Assembly (NCBI GenBank): GCA_947258355.1 | Contig: CAMYIC010000059.1 | Span: forward strand, 65,648 to 129,647 | Direction: 5' to 3' | Length of the DNA: 64,000 nucleotides | Source of the DNA: an uncultured Allomuricauda sp. | GTDB lineage: Bacteria > Bacteroidota > Bacteroidia > Flavobacteriales > Flavobacteriaceae | Part shown: one piece after another, positions 45,433 through 54,606 of the stretch | How positions within the stretch are numbered: position 1 is the first letter of the stretch | Layout: every line of letters starts with the position of its first letter | Translations under genes and position numbers: made by a program | The notes under the pieces: model-generated | The model's database searches: none | The model's input: the letters and a program-made list of their open reading frames with translations, nothing else | Told to the model about the DNA's origin: nothing

Positions 45433-45523
45433 GCCCCAATAGTTTTTCAAAGTAGTCGGCCGCTCAAGTGGGGTTCAACCATTTGATGCCGGCTGTTTTT
45501 TATTAGGCATTTTACCGGGTGGT

Positions 45524-45549
45524 AAAAAAAGGACCACATTAAGCGGTCC
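45524..45549 (-). terminator. Rho-independent terminator of the Gfo/Idh/MocA gene
   Basis: The minus strand reads GGGACCGC-ttaat-GTGGTCC followed by TTTTTTT. It lies about 25 nt after the stop at 45576. Confidence 0.6.
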
Positions 45550-45575
45550 CTTATAAAATGCTATTCTTGAAAGGA

Positions 45576-47033
45576 TTACATTTCCCAACCTTCGCGGTAG
45601 GTACGGGTCACAAATTGGTTGGCATCCTCAAAATTGGTGATTTCCATGCTGTCTCCATCCCATAGCAGTTTTTTGCGACCATAGAATTCCATATTGCCTT
45701 TATCGTTCTCTCTACGCAACATAAAACTACGTATGGCCAAATTCCCCATGAGTACTGTCTCGGTCATAGGTCCTGCGTAATCAAAGGACGAAGTAAGGTC
45801 TTGATGCTGCTGACTTCCAAACCCAGCCTTACAGGCGTCCACCCATTTACGTTGGTGGCCGTATTCAGGTTCGGGCATGTCTTCCACTTCAGGGCCGAAT
45901 TCTGTAACTCCGTTACTCATGTATAATTTAGGTGTCAATGGAGAACTGTCATTAATATTTGTGGAAATCACTCCATGTTCCCCATGTATCAGCACCCCGT
46001 TGTAACTTCCAGGACCGCCAATGTCACTATCGGCAGGGATAATCTCAGGGTGTGAGGGACGTATACCACCATCGCTCCAGGTCATGGTCAGTGGAGCTGC
46101 TGTTTTGTCCGTTGCCTCATAATTTAGGGTGATAAACGAGGATGGAGGACACCCTTCCGGATGGTAGTCCGGATTCCACATTTGCGAAAATACGGTTCCT
46201 ACGCTACATTCGGCCGCAGTGGGATACCCTAACTTCAACGTTCTGTATGGGATATCGATCAAATGACAGCCGACATCTCCCAGAGCTCCAGTTCCATAAT
46301 CCCACCAACCTCTCCAATTAAATGGATGAAGATTGGGTGTGTAGGGTCGTATTGGGGCTGGCCCCAACCATAAATCCCAAAACAAATCATCGGGTTTACT
46401 TGCCGGGTCTGCTTTGGGCATAGCATTTCCTTGAGGCCAAACAGGGCGGTTGGTCCATATTTCCACTTTGGTGATTCTTCCCAAGGCCCCGGAATCCACC
46501 CATTTTTGCACCAAACCCAACAAAGGGTTGGATGCCCCTTGATTGCCCATTTGGGTCACTACCTGTTTGTCTCGGGCCATTTGGGTCAGCATACGTGCCT
46601 CACTGATATTGTGGGTCATGGGCTTTTGTACATACACATGTTTGCCTCGTTCCATGGCATAGGCCGCTGCAGGACCGTGCACATGATCTGGTGTACTAAT
46701 GGTAACCGCATCGATATCTTTTACGGTATCGAGCATTTCGCGGTAATCGTTGAATAATTTAGCCTTGGGAAAGCGTTCTACGGATTGCTTTGCTGAACCG
46801 GAAAAGTCAACATCACAAAGAGCAACCACATTTTCCCGGCCGTTAACGGAGGCATTGGCAATATCGCTGGCTCCTTTACCGCCCGCGCCAATAGCGGCGA
46901 TATTCAAACGGTCGCTAGGGGCTAAAAACCCAGGTCCACCCAAAACATGGCGGGGAACAATAAAAATACTGGAAGCAAGTGCAGTGTTTTTTACAAAGTT
47001 TCTTCTACTGGAAGAGGTTGGTGTTTTTTTCAT
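45576..47033 (-). CDS. Gfo/Idh/MocA family oxidoreductase with a twin-arginine signal
   Basis: 485 aa. Tat-like SSRRNFVKNTALASSIF and Rossmann NIAAIGAGGKG. Confidence 0.88.
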   Translation of the reverse strand: MKKTPTSSSRRNFVKNTALASSIFIVPRHVLGGPGFLAPSDRLNIAAIGAGGKGASDIANASVNGRENVVALCDVDFSGSAKQSVERFPKAKLFNDYREMLDTVKDIDAVTISTPDHVHGPAAAYAMERGKHVYVQKPMTHNISEARMLTQMARDKQVVTQMGNQGASNPLLGLVQKWVDSGALGRITKVEIWTNRPVWPQGNAMPKADPASKPDDLFWDLWLGPAPIRPYTPNLHPFNWRGWWDYGTGALGDVGCHLIDIPYRTLKLGYPTAAECSVGTVFSQMWNPDYHPEGCPPSSFITLNYEATDKTAAPLTMTWSDGGIRPSHPEIIPADSDIGGPGSYNGVLIHGEHGVISTNINDSSPLTPKLYMSNGVTEFGPEVEDMPEPEYGHQRKWVDACKAGFGSQQHQDLTSSFDYAGPMTETVLMGNLAIRSFMLRRENDKGNMEFYGRKKLLWDGDSMEITNFEDANQFVTRTYREGWEM

Positions 47034-47164
47034 TTCTTGTTTAGGTCGGTTTAATTTTAATGCTAAACAAGATAGGGAAAAATGAGTGTATGTTAATTGA
47101 TCAATGTCGAAAGCAAAAAAATGGGATATTTTGCTGAATCAAAGGAAATCCATGAAATAAAGAA

Positions 47165-49336
47165 TTACTTTTTAGCCTCTACCAATTCCAGTTGGTCCAC
47201 GCTTACGTTGGTGGTGAACATACCGTAATTTACCACGGCCTTACCTTTTTCCAGTGTGTCGATGCTGCCTACGGCCTTGCCGTCCATTAAACGCACACGG
47301 TCACCAATTTTAAACACTGGTCGTGGCTTGTTCTTTTCGGCCTGGATTGCCTTTTTCTTTTTGATTTTCTTCTCGACCCGTACTTTCTTGATTTTTTGTT
47401 CCAGCTCTTGGGCCACCTGTTTTTTCTCTTGCTGTTTGGCCTTCGCCTTTTTCGCCGTGGTTTTTTTGCGTTTGCTGTTCTCGGTTTCCACAATTCGAAT
47501 TATCTCCGAGATTAAGGGCCGTTTCTTTTTATCAATAAAGTATTTTTCGGCAGCGGTATTCAATTTGTTTCCCAACTGAATCATACGCTGGTTGTGGTCG
47601 TACAATTCCTGATAGCTCTCCAGCTTGGATTTGATTTTGGAGTTGAGTTTCTCCAATCGTTCATTTTCCTCGCGTGCCTTGGATTCCTCTTCTTTGAGTT
47701 TGGAGCCCGTCTCCACCATTTTGCTGCGTTCTTTTTGAAGTTTCGCAATAGTGGCATCAAAACGGACCTTACCGCGTTCTATCTTCTTCTTGGCCTTATT
47801 GATCAAGGAGTAGGGGATGCCGTTCTTTTGGGCGACCTCAAATGTAAAAGAGCTTCCCGCTTCACCCAAAACCAATTGGAAGGTAGGCTCCAAAGTTTTA
47901 GAGTTGAACAACATATTTGCGTTGGTGGCATGCGGCAGTTCGTTGGCCAAAGCCTTTAAATTGGCATAGTGTGTTGTAATAACTCCGTAAGCTTCCCGTT
48001 CGTAGAAGACTTCCAGAAAAGCTTCGGCCAAGGCACCACCCAATTCCGGGTCACTTCCCGTTCCGAATTCATCGATTAAGAACAAGGTTTTGTCATTGCA
48101 CTTCCTTAGAAAGCGGTTCATGTTCTTCAATCGATAACTGTATGTACTTAAATGATTTTCAATGGATTGATTGTCTCCAATATCTGTTAAAATCTTATCA
48201 AAAAAGCACACAGAACTACGCTCGTGCACGGGAATCAACATGCCACTTTGCAGCATCACTTGAAGCAAGCCAATGGTCTTTAATGTGATACTTTTTCCGC
48301 CCGCATTCGGGCCTGAAATCACAATGATTCGATTCTCTTGATGTAGTTTGATGGTTTGTGGCCAGGTTTTCTCATTCTTTCGTTTGTTCGAAAGAAAAAG
48401 CAGAGGGTGATAGGCATCACGTAGAAACAATTCCCGCTCTTCATTGATTTCGGGAAGCAACCCGTTCATCTCGTTGGCGTATTTTGCCTTTGCTGCGGTA
48501 ATATCGATATCGGACAAATACTTTTGGTATTCCTGAAGTAATTCCAGATAGGGTCTAATCTGATCCGTAAGCTTGTTCAAGATGCGTTGAATCTCCTCTT
48601 TTTCCTCAAATTCGAGGTTGTTGAGCTCTCGGGTGTATGATAGTGTGGCTTCCGGGACAATGTAGACGATGCTTCCCGTTTTGGAAGTGCCCATTACAGT
48701 GCCCTTTACTTTTTTGCGATGCATTGCCTTAACGGCCAGTACCCTGCGATTTTCCATTACTGACTCACGGATTTCATCCAAAAAATCAGAAGATTGATAA
48801 CGTCCCAAGGCAGCGCTAAAACTTTGGTTGATTTTACCACGTACGCTATTGATTTGGCTTCGGATATAACGTAATTCATCCGAAGCGGAATCCTTGATTT
48901 CCCCAAATTTGTCGATTACATCGTCAATGGCATCAGGAATCTCGGGATGTAGCTCCAGGGCATTCACTTTATCAAAAAGCAACGGATAGTATTCCTTGAA
49001 CTTTTTAAAGAATTTCTGATGGATGGCGACAGTCTTGCAGATGCCACCAATCTTTCGAAAACCAGAAATCTCCAAAGTGCTATTGTCAATCTTGAGCAGC
49101 CCCAATTCGCTGTTGATATGGTCGAAACCATGATTGGGAATGCGATTGTCGTTGGAAAAAGAGGCCAGATATTCCGAAGTCTGCCCCAATACTTCCATTA
49201 ATTCGGCTTTGTGGCGGAACGGTTGTATGGTCAGCGCATCTTCTTTGCCCAGTTCCGTATTGCATCGCGAAGCGATTTGAGTCAATACCGTTGGGAACTC
49301 TAGATCTTGAAGTGTTTTGGGGTGAATGTTTCGCAT
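47165..49336 (-). CDS. mutS2: MutS2-family protein (endonuclease MutS2 homolog; no recognisable Smr domain)
   Basis: 723 aa. Walker A ISGPNAGGKSITLK and Walker B LFLIDEFGTGSDP. A K/E-rich linker leads to a short C-terminal KOW/SH3-like module (FKIGDRVRLMDGKAVGSIDTLEKGKAVVNYG). Confidence 0.88.
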   Translation of the reverse strand: MRNIHPKTLQDLEFPTVLTQIASRCNTELGKEDALTIQPFRHKAELMEVLGQTSEYLASFSNDNRIPNHGFDHINSELGLLKIDNSTLEISGFRKIGGICKTVAIHQKFFKKFKEYYPLLFDKVNALELHPEIPDAIDDVIDKFGEIKDSASDELRYIRSQINSVRGKINQSFSAALGRYQSSDFLDEIRESVMENRRVLAVKAMHRKKVKGTVMGTSKTGSIVYIVPEATLSYTRELNNLEFEEKEEIQRILNKLTDQIRPYLELLQEYQKYLSDIDITAAKAKYANEMNGLLPEINEERELFLRDAYHPLLFLSNKRKNEKTWPQTIKLHQENRIIVISGPNAGGKSITLKTIGLLQVMLQSGMLIPVHERSSVCFFDKILTDIGDNQSIENHLSTYSYRLKNMNRFLRKCNDKTLFLIDEFGTGSDPELGGALAEAFLEVFYEREAYGVITTHYANLKALANELPHATNANMLFNSKTLEPTFQLVLGEAGSSFTFEVAQKNGIPYSLINKAKKKIERGKVRFDATIAKLQKERSKMVETGSKLKEEESKAREENERLEKLNSKIKSKLESYQELYDHNQRMIQLGNKLNTAAEKYFIDKKKRPLISEIIRIVETENSKRKKTTAKKAKAKQQEKKQVAQELEQKIKKVRVEKKIKKKKAIQAEKNKPRPVFKIGDRVRLMDGKAVGSIDTLEKGKAVVNYGMFTTNVSVDQLELVEAKK

Positions 49337-49461
49337 CTTTTTCTACTAGCAGCGCAAAGATAGGATTTTGATGTGTTTTTGAGGCCTACCCATTTAGCAA
49401 AAACAATTCGCTTTGTGTACTTTTGAATCATCCCGAATGTATTCATTAAAATCCAATAAAA

Positions 49462-49566
49462 ATGAGGAGCGACAATACCGTGATTTATATTATTGCAGGC
49501 GTTATACTACTGCATTTTGTTGTTGGCATTGGGTATTTAATCTATAAATTGACCAAAAAGAAGTAA
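49462..49566 (+). CDS. Possible 34-aa single-TM small protein
   Basis: My own translation: MRSDNTVIYIIAGVILLHFVVGIGYLIYKLTKKK*. It ends 8 nt before the ung ATG. It is below the ORF-track length cutoff and has no homology support. Confidence 0.3.
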   Translation: MRSDNTVIYIIAGVILLHFVVGIGYLIYKLTKKK

Positions 49567-49574
49567 AGCAACAG

Positions 49575-50240
49575 ATGGACGTAAGCATTGAGCCAAGTTG
49601 GAAAACACAATTGAACAAAGAGTTTGAACAACCATATTTCCAGAAATTGGCTGCTTTTGTAAAGCAGGAATACCAGCAGAACACCTGTTACCCAAAGGGT
49701 AAGGATATTTTTTCTGCCTTTGACCATTGTCCGTTCCAAGAAACCAAAGTGGTCATCATTGGTCAAGACCCTTATCATGGGCCCAATCAAGCGAATGGAT
49801 TGTGTTTTTCAGTGAAAGATGGCGTCCCGCATCCGCCATCCTTGGTCAATATTTTTAAGGAAATCAAAACGGATTTGGAAAAGCCCTATCCCAAAAGTGG
49901 CAATCTGGAACATTGGGCGGAACAAGGAGTGCTCTTGTTGAATGCTACGCTAACGGTTCGCGCACATCAGGCAGGCAGCCATCAGAAAAAAGGGTGGGAG
50001 CAATTTACCGATGCTGTGATCAAAACGGTTTCCAGTGAACTGGAAGGGGTTGTATTTCTGCTTTGGGGAGGATTCGCCAAGAAAAAATCATCCTTGATCG
50101 ATAAAAGCAAACACCATATTTTAACCTCTGGGCATCCTTCGCCTTTGAGCGCCAATCGAGGATTGTGGTTCGGCAATCAACATTTTAGCAAAACAAATAG
50201 CTTATTGGCCAAAATGGGTAAAGAGCCCATTGATTGGTAG
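49575..50240 (+). CDS. ung: Uracil-DNA glycosylase (family 1)
   Basis: 221 aa. Catalytic water-activating loop GQDPYHG and the Leu-intercalation loop HPSPLSA. Confidence 0.95.
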   Translation: MDVSIEPSWKTQLNKEFEQPYFQKLAAFVKQEYQQNTCYPKGKDIFSAFDHCPFQETKVVIIGQDPYHGPNQANGLCFSVKDGVPHPPSLVNIFKEIKTDLEKPYPKSGNLEHWAEQGVLLLNATLTVRAHQAGSHQKKGWEQFTDAVIKTVSSELEGVVFLLWGGFAKKKSSLIDKSKHHILTSGHPSPLSANRGLWFGNQHFSKTNSLLAKMGKEPIDW

Positions 50241-50244
50241 TATG

Positions 50245-50321
50245 TGTCACTTCGAGCGCAGTCGAGAAGTTAATTTAATCATTATTTGATTTGTGCGGTC
50301 TCGACTGCGCTCGACCTGACA
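50245..50321. repeat. REP-like imperfect hairpin element, full copy 2
   Basis: Left arm TGTCACTTCGAGCGCAGTCGAGAAGT (50245..50270); right arm GGTCTCGACTGCGCTCGACCTGACA (50297..50321). It lies between convergent genes and probably also acts as a terminator hairpin. Confidence 0.85.
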
Positions 50322-50326
50322 GCTAT

Positions 50327-51175
50327 CTATTCCAAAAGGAATTCTGATGCCTTCTTGACTTCATCAATCAATTTAAGGTCTTGCAGTCTGGTCTGTACCT
50401 CGTTCACGGTTATTTCCGATAGTTGTTCTTGGCCCCATATGGTTTTCGATAGCCATTCCTGGATATCTTCCAATTTTTGTTCGTATCGGTTGGATAGGGT
50501 TCTGTCAATACTAGGAATTTGCTTGAATTCGGAAGTATAGGTGTTAATGACTTCCAAAACGTGTTTTAGTAAACCTTCATTTTCCTTTATAAACTTATCC
50601 GAAGCGGCGATTACGAAACAAGGCCAAGGGGTAGGGCAGTCACCCACACGTTTAAAGGTGCCATTGTCCACTAGGGGTTTTGTTGTAAAATGTTCCCACA
50701 TAAAATAGGCGTTGGACCCACTTGTGAGGTTGTCTACGGCGCCATTAAGATTGTTTATGATCTCAAACTGCAGCTTTTCCGTGTCCCATCCTTGGTTTTG
50801 AGCATTGATATAGGCCATTAAATGACTTCCACTGCCCATTCGACTAATGGCGACTGGGTCATCTTTTACATCTGCAATGGAGTTCCGTTTGCTGTTCGCA
50901 TCCACATGAATGCCCCAAAGCAGGGGAGAGGAAACATACTCCTGAACAATTTTGCATGGATTTCCCTGTGATATACTTTTGATGATACCTTCGGTGAGGA
51001 TAATGCCCATATCCGCCACGCCATCCTGAAGCATTTGTGTCATTTTGCCGGTGCCTTCGGGAACATCAGTCCATTCCAATTGAATACCTCGGTCTTCAAA
51101 AGCATTATCTTCCATCGTCAAGTGCCAAGGAAGATTGAAATGCTCGGGGACTCCGATTATTTTTATGGTTTTCAT
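50327..51175 (-). CDS. Cytoplasmic periplasmic-binding-protein-type-II fold protein (NMT1/THI5 / SsuA-like substrate-binding domain)
   Basis: 282 aa with no signal peptide. N-terminus IKIIGVPEHFNLPWHL. This is only a general fold call from memory. Confidence 0.5.
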   Translation of the reverse strand: MKTIKIIGVPEHFNLPWHLTMEDNAFEDRGIQLEWTDVPEGTGKMTQMLQDGVADMGIILTEGIIKSISQGNPCKIVQEYVSSPLLWGIHVDANSKRNSIADVKDDPVAISRMGSGSHLMAYINAQNQGWDTEKLQFEIINNLNGAVDNLTSGSNAYFMWEHFTTKPLVDNGTFKRVGDCPTPWPCFVIAASDKFIKENEGLLKHVLEVINTYTSEFKQIPSIDRTLSNRYEQKLEDIQEWLSKTIWGQEQLSEITVNEVQTRLQDLKLIDEVKKASEFLLE

Positions 51176-51246
51176 TTATTTGGCTTGTTTGTACAATTAA
51201 AATTATGATGCCATGTGGTATTTTTTAAAAAATGTCCTTTGAAAAA

Positions 51247-52134
51247 TTATACCAACTGACTTTTGGCTATGCAGCCCAAGGTGTATTGGATAAGTTCATC
51301 AATGGTTTGATGGCCTTGCTTGGAGAACTCACTTGTGGCCCTGTTGGCCAATATGGCGTTCAGGGAAACAGCCCTGTGTCCATGTAGTTTTGCGATTCCG
51401 TACATAGCTGCGGTTTCCATTTCCAAGTTGGTGATACGTGTTCCCCCATAGGAGAAGGCTGCTAGTTTGTCGTTAAAGTCTTTGATGGCAGGGGATAATC
51501 GAAGTGTTCGGCCTTGCGGGCCATAAAATCCTGAATTTGTTCCTGTTACACCTAATCGTATACGATTTGAGGTAAAAACACCACCCAAATCCGAATCAAA
51601 ATCCACTACGTAAGGATGGATATTGTGCTTGCTCCAGTCCAGGTGTTCCGTCAGGGCCAGTTCCAGCTCTTGATTTTTAATGTGTCCACAGTCGTAAAAA
51701 TGTAAAAGGTTGTCAAAACCGATACCGGCAGCGCTCATCAAAAATGAATCAATAGGAATGTCCGATTGCAAGGAGCCTGATGTACCGACCCGTATATAAT
51801 TGAGTTGTTGCTTATTGGTTTTTACCTGGCGTGTTTCAAAATCTATATTGGTAAGAGCGTCCAGTTCGTTAAAAACGATATCTATATTGTCTGTTCCTAT
51901 ACCGGTGGAAACAACAGTAATCCGCTTGCCTTTGAATGTGCCCGTATGAGTAACGAACTCACGTTTGTTCTTTTGCACCTCGATGGAATCAAAGTATTTG
52001 GATACTTCGTGCACCCGATTTTGGTCGCCCACGGTAATAATGGTGGTTGCAATGTCTTCTGGGAGAAGATTTAGATGGTAAATGCTCCCATCAGGATTCA
52101 GAATAAGCTCTGAACTGCCCAGTGATGAGCTCAT
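51247..52134 (-). CDS. Nucleoside phosphorylase (PNP/UDP family 1)
   Basis: 295 aa. Segments VVSTGIGTDNIDIV, RVGTSGSLQ and EMETAAMYG are typical of uridine/purine nucleoside phosphorylase-like proteins. Confidence 0.8.
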   Translation of the reverse strand: MSSSLGSSELILNPDGSIYHLNLLPEDIATTIITVGDQNRVHEVSKYFDSIEVQKNKREFVTHTGTFKGKRITVVSTGIGTDNIDIVFNELDALTNIDFETRQVKTNKQQLNYIRVGTSGSLQSDIPIDSFLMSAAGIGFDNLLHFYDCGHIKNQELELALTEHLDWSKHNIHPYVVDFDSDLGGVFTSNRIRLGVTGTNSGFYGPQGRTLRLSPAIKDFNDKLAAFSYGGTRITNLEMETAAMYGIAKLHGHRAVSLNAILANRATSEFSKQGHQTIDELIQYTLGCIAKSQLV

Positions 52135-52137
52135 TTG

Positions 52138-53070
52138 CTACAATTTAAGGATTCGGTCCGTCTCCGTATTGTATAGGAAGTTATACTTTAAGGAACCTCC
52201 TAAATACATCTGATTATCACGTAGTTCTGAATAGTAATTCGCTTCCATTTTCAAAACATCCAAACCTTTTTTGGTCAATTTGACCGGATCAAAGGAACAA
52301 AAAAGAGGTTTTAATGAAGAAATCATTCGGTCGTACTGTGTATCCCCGAAACCATAAAACCCTTGGTTGTTCAACAATTCGCGCATCAACTCTTTTCTGG
52401 ATTTTGGTTTTTCTTGTTTCGCCACTTCCAATATGTGGTTTTCAAGGTCGTTAAGACCATTTTTAATTGCTGGGAATCTTTTAAGGTGTGTTTTTAAAGC
52501 GTCAGAAAGATATTCGAATTGAAAATCATTGTTGGCTATCTGGTTCTCCAATCGTATTGGATTGTCGCTACAATATAGTTGCCAAATATAATCTGCGTAT
52601 TCTATATCGTCTTGTGATAGTACTTTTTTGTTTTCGTAAAGTTCCATCAACTTGTCATCGTCGAGTTCATTTAAACCATGAAGTTTGGTAGAACCTTCTA
52701 TTTTACCACTGCATACCAAAGAGATTTCAGCATGTCTTCTGTGCTGTTTGAGCCAGCTGATAACTGCCAGCATGTTGATTTGGCAAAAAAGATCGTATTC
52801 GAACCAAAGAACGATTTGGTCCTGTTGTTTGTGGTTACAAAGCGATCGGTATTCCTTCAGGGTTTTTTCGATAAACCAAGACTTGGAAACTTTGTAGTTT
52901 TTGTTTAGGAACTCGAACCTTGTTTTCCAGAACGATTCGCTTCCTACGGTGGAAAGGGTTTTGCCTTCGCAAAGCATTTCCCTCCAGGTAATTACATCTC
53001 CTTTAAATTGCAAAGATTGTAATCTAGACGTGAAACTGTCCCCGTTGGTTATGTGCAACAGTGATTTCAT
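52138..53070 (-). CDS. DUF1835-domain protein
   Basis: 310 aa. The N-terminus LLHITNGDSFTSRL is characteristic of DUF1835 (from memory). Confidence 0.55.
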   Translation of the reverse strand: MKSLLHITNGDSFTSRLQSLQFKGDVITWREMLCEGKTLSTVGSESFWKTRFEFLNKNYKVSKSWFIEKTLKEYRSLCNHKQQDQIVLWFEYDLFCQINMLAVISWLKQHRRHAEISLVCSGKIEGSTKLHGLNELDDDKLMELYENKKVLSQDDIEYADYIWQLYCSDNPIRLENQIANNDFQFEYLSDALKTHLKRFPAIKNGLNDLENHILEVAKQEKPKSRKELMRELLNNQGFYGFGDTQYDRMISSLKPLFCSFDPVKLTKKGLDVLKMEANYYSELRDNQMYLGGSLKYNFLYNTETDRILKL

Positions 53071-53213
53071 TTTCAGCTCAGTTTTCGTTGGTTAGGAATA
53101 ATAAAAGTAAGATTTAAAGCAGGAACACAAAAATTTTTTCACAAAACATTGGTATTCAGGCCTACTTTTTAACATGTGAAAAAAACCGATTCTATTTTTT
53201 GAAGAATTGGCAT

Positions 53214-53543
53214 TTATCCACCAACACGCTTAACCGAAAAGCCATTTTCCTTTAGGAAATCCATTATTTTATCGCGATAATCACCCTGTATGATGATGGC
53301 TTCGTTTTTATAGCTCCCTCCAACACCCAACAGTGTTTTGAGGTCTTTCGTCAACTTTTTAAAATCACTGTCCGCCCCATTGTACCCCTCTAAAATAGTC
53401 ACGGGTTTTCCCTTGCGCTTTTCATACTTGCAGATAATGGGGTCATCCTGGAGCCAATATGGAGATTTATTCTTTTCCTTTTCGGGCTCCTCTTCTGGAA
53501 CATGGTCCGGGAATAAATTTTTGAGCTGGTCTCCTAAATCCAT
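53214..53543 (-). CDS. SUI1/YciH-family translation initiation factor
   Basis: 109 aa with a C-terminal SUI1 fold: VTILEGYNG...LKTLLGVGGSYKNEAIIIQGDYRDKIMDFLKENGFSVKRVGG. Confidence 0.85.
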   Translation of the reverse strand: MDLGDQLKNLFPDHVPEEEPEKEKNKSPYWLQDDPIICKYEKRKGKPVTILEGYNGADSDFKKLTKDLKTLLGVGGSYKNEAIIIQGDYRDKIMDFLKENGFSVKRVGG

Positions 53544-53545
53544 AC

Positions 53546-54496
53546 TTACTTTTTAATCAGTCCTAATTCTATCAATCTTTCATGTAAATATCCACCTGCG
53601 GTAATATCTTCAAAGGCTTTTGGGTGCTCTTCGTCAATACAATTTTCCAGGCAGTTGAGCGGCATGTCGCTAACAGGGTGCATAAAAAATGGGATAGAGT
53701 ATCTGGATGTGCCCCATAGTTCCTTTGGGGGATTTACAACTTGGTGGATGGTGGATTTAAGCTTGTTGTTGGAAAGTCTGGACAGCATATCACCAACATT
53801 GATCATCAATTGGTCGGGTTTTGCAATGGCATCCACCCAATTGCCATCGTGATTTTTGACTTGAAGTCCTTTTCCGTGAGCTCCCATAAGTAAGGTGATC
53901 AGGTTAATATCACCATGGGCGGCCGCTCTAACCGCGTTTTTGGGTTCCTTGGTAATAGGTGGATAGTGAATGGGTCTTAAAATGGAATTTCCGTTTTTAA
54001 TGTAGTCATCAAAATAGGTTTCCTCCAGATTCAAATGTAAAGCCAAGGCCCGTAATACATATTTTGCTGTTTTTTCCAGCATTTTGTAGGTTTCCTTTCC
54101 AACTCGATTAAAATCGGGAAGTTCTTTCACGGTTACATTGTCGGGGTATTCAGCTTCCAGTTCGGGATTGTCTTCTACATACTGGCCAAAATGCCAAAAC
54201 TCTTTGAGGTCACCTTCTTTTTTTCCTTTGGCATGTTCTTTTCCAAATGAAGTATACCCACGTTGTCCTCCTATGCCTTCAATTTCGTATTTATCCTTAG
54301 TTTCCTGTGGCAGGTTAAAGAACTTTTTTATTTCTGCGTATAGGTCTTCTACCAGTTCATCGGACAAAAAATGCCCGCTTAGGGCCACAAAACCGATATC
54401 CTCGAATGCGGCACCTATTTCTTTGACAAACTTTTCTTTTCTTTTTGGGTCGTCTGAAACAAAATCTTTCAGGTCCACGCTTGGAATAGCACTCAT
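53546..54496 (-). CDS. 2-oxoglutarate/Fe(II)-dependent oxygenase (isopenicillin N synthase family)
   Basis: 316 aa. HxD in AAHGDINLITLL, distal His in STIHQVVNP, and RxS in SRYSIPFF. Confidence 0.85.
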   Translation of the reverse strand: MSAIPSVDLKDFVSDDPKRKEKFVKEIGAAFEDIGFVALSGHFLSDELVEDLYAEIKKFFNLPQETKDKYEIEGIGGQRGYTSFGKEHAKGKKEGDLKEFWHFGQYVEDNPELEAEYPDNVTVKELPDFNRVGKETYKMLEKTAKYVLRALALHLNLEETYFDDYIKNGNSILRPIHYPPITKEPKNAVRAAAHGDINLITLLMGAHGKGLQVKNHDGNWVDAIAKPDQLMINVGDMLSRLSNNKLKSTIHQVVNPPKELWGTSRYSIPFFMHPVSDMPLNCLENCIDEEHPKAFEDITAGGYLHERLIELGLIKK

Positions 54497-54606
54497 ATTG
54501 TCATTTTTGAAATATTGTCAAAAATAGGGAATATTGACGAAGGTTTTCGAATTTTAAAGCGTTTTGAAAGGCTTTTTACTACATTTATCACACATAATTT
54601 TATTGT

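Noticed and set aside
45440-45500. Terminator hairpin directly after the CDCL gene
   Set aside because: Only a 7-bp stem with a G:T pair (AGTCGGC ... GCCGGCT) and a loop of about 28 nt before GTTTTTT. This is too weak to call without a folding calculation.
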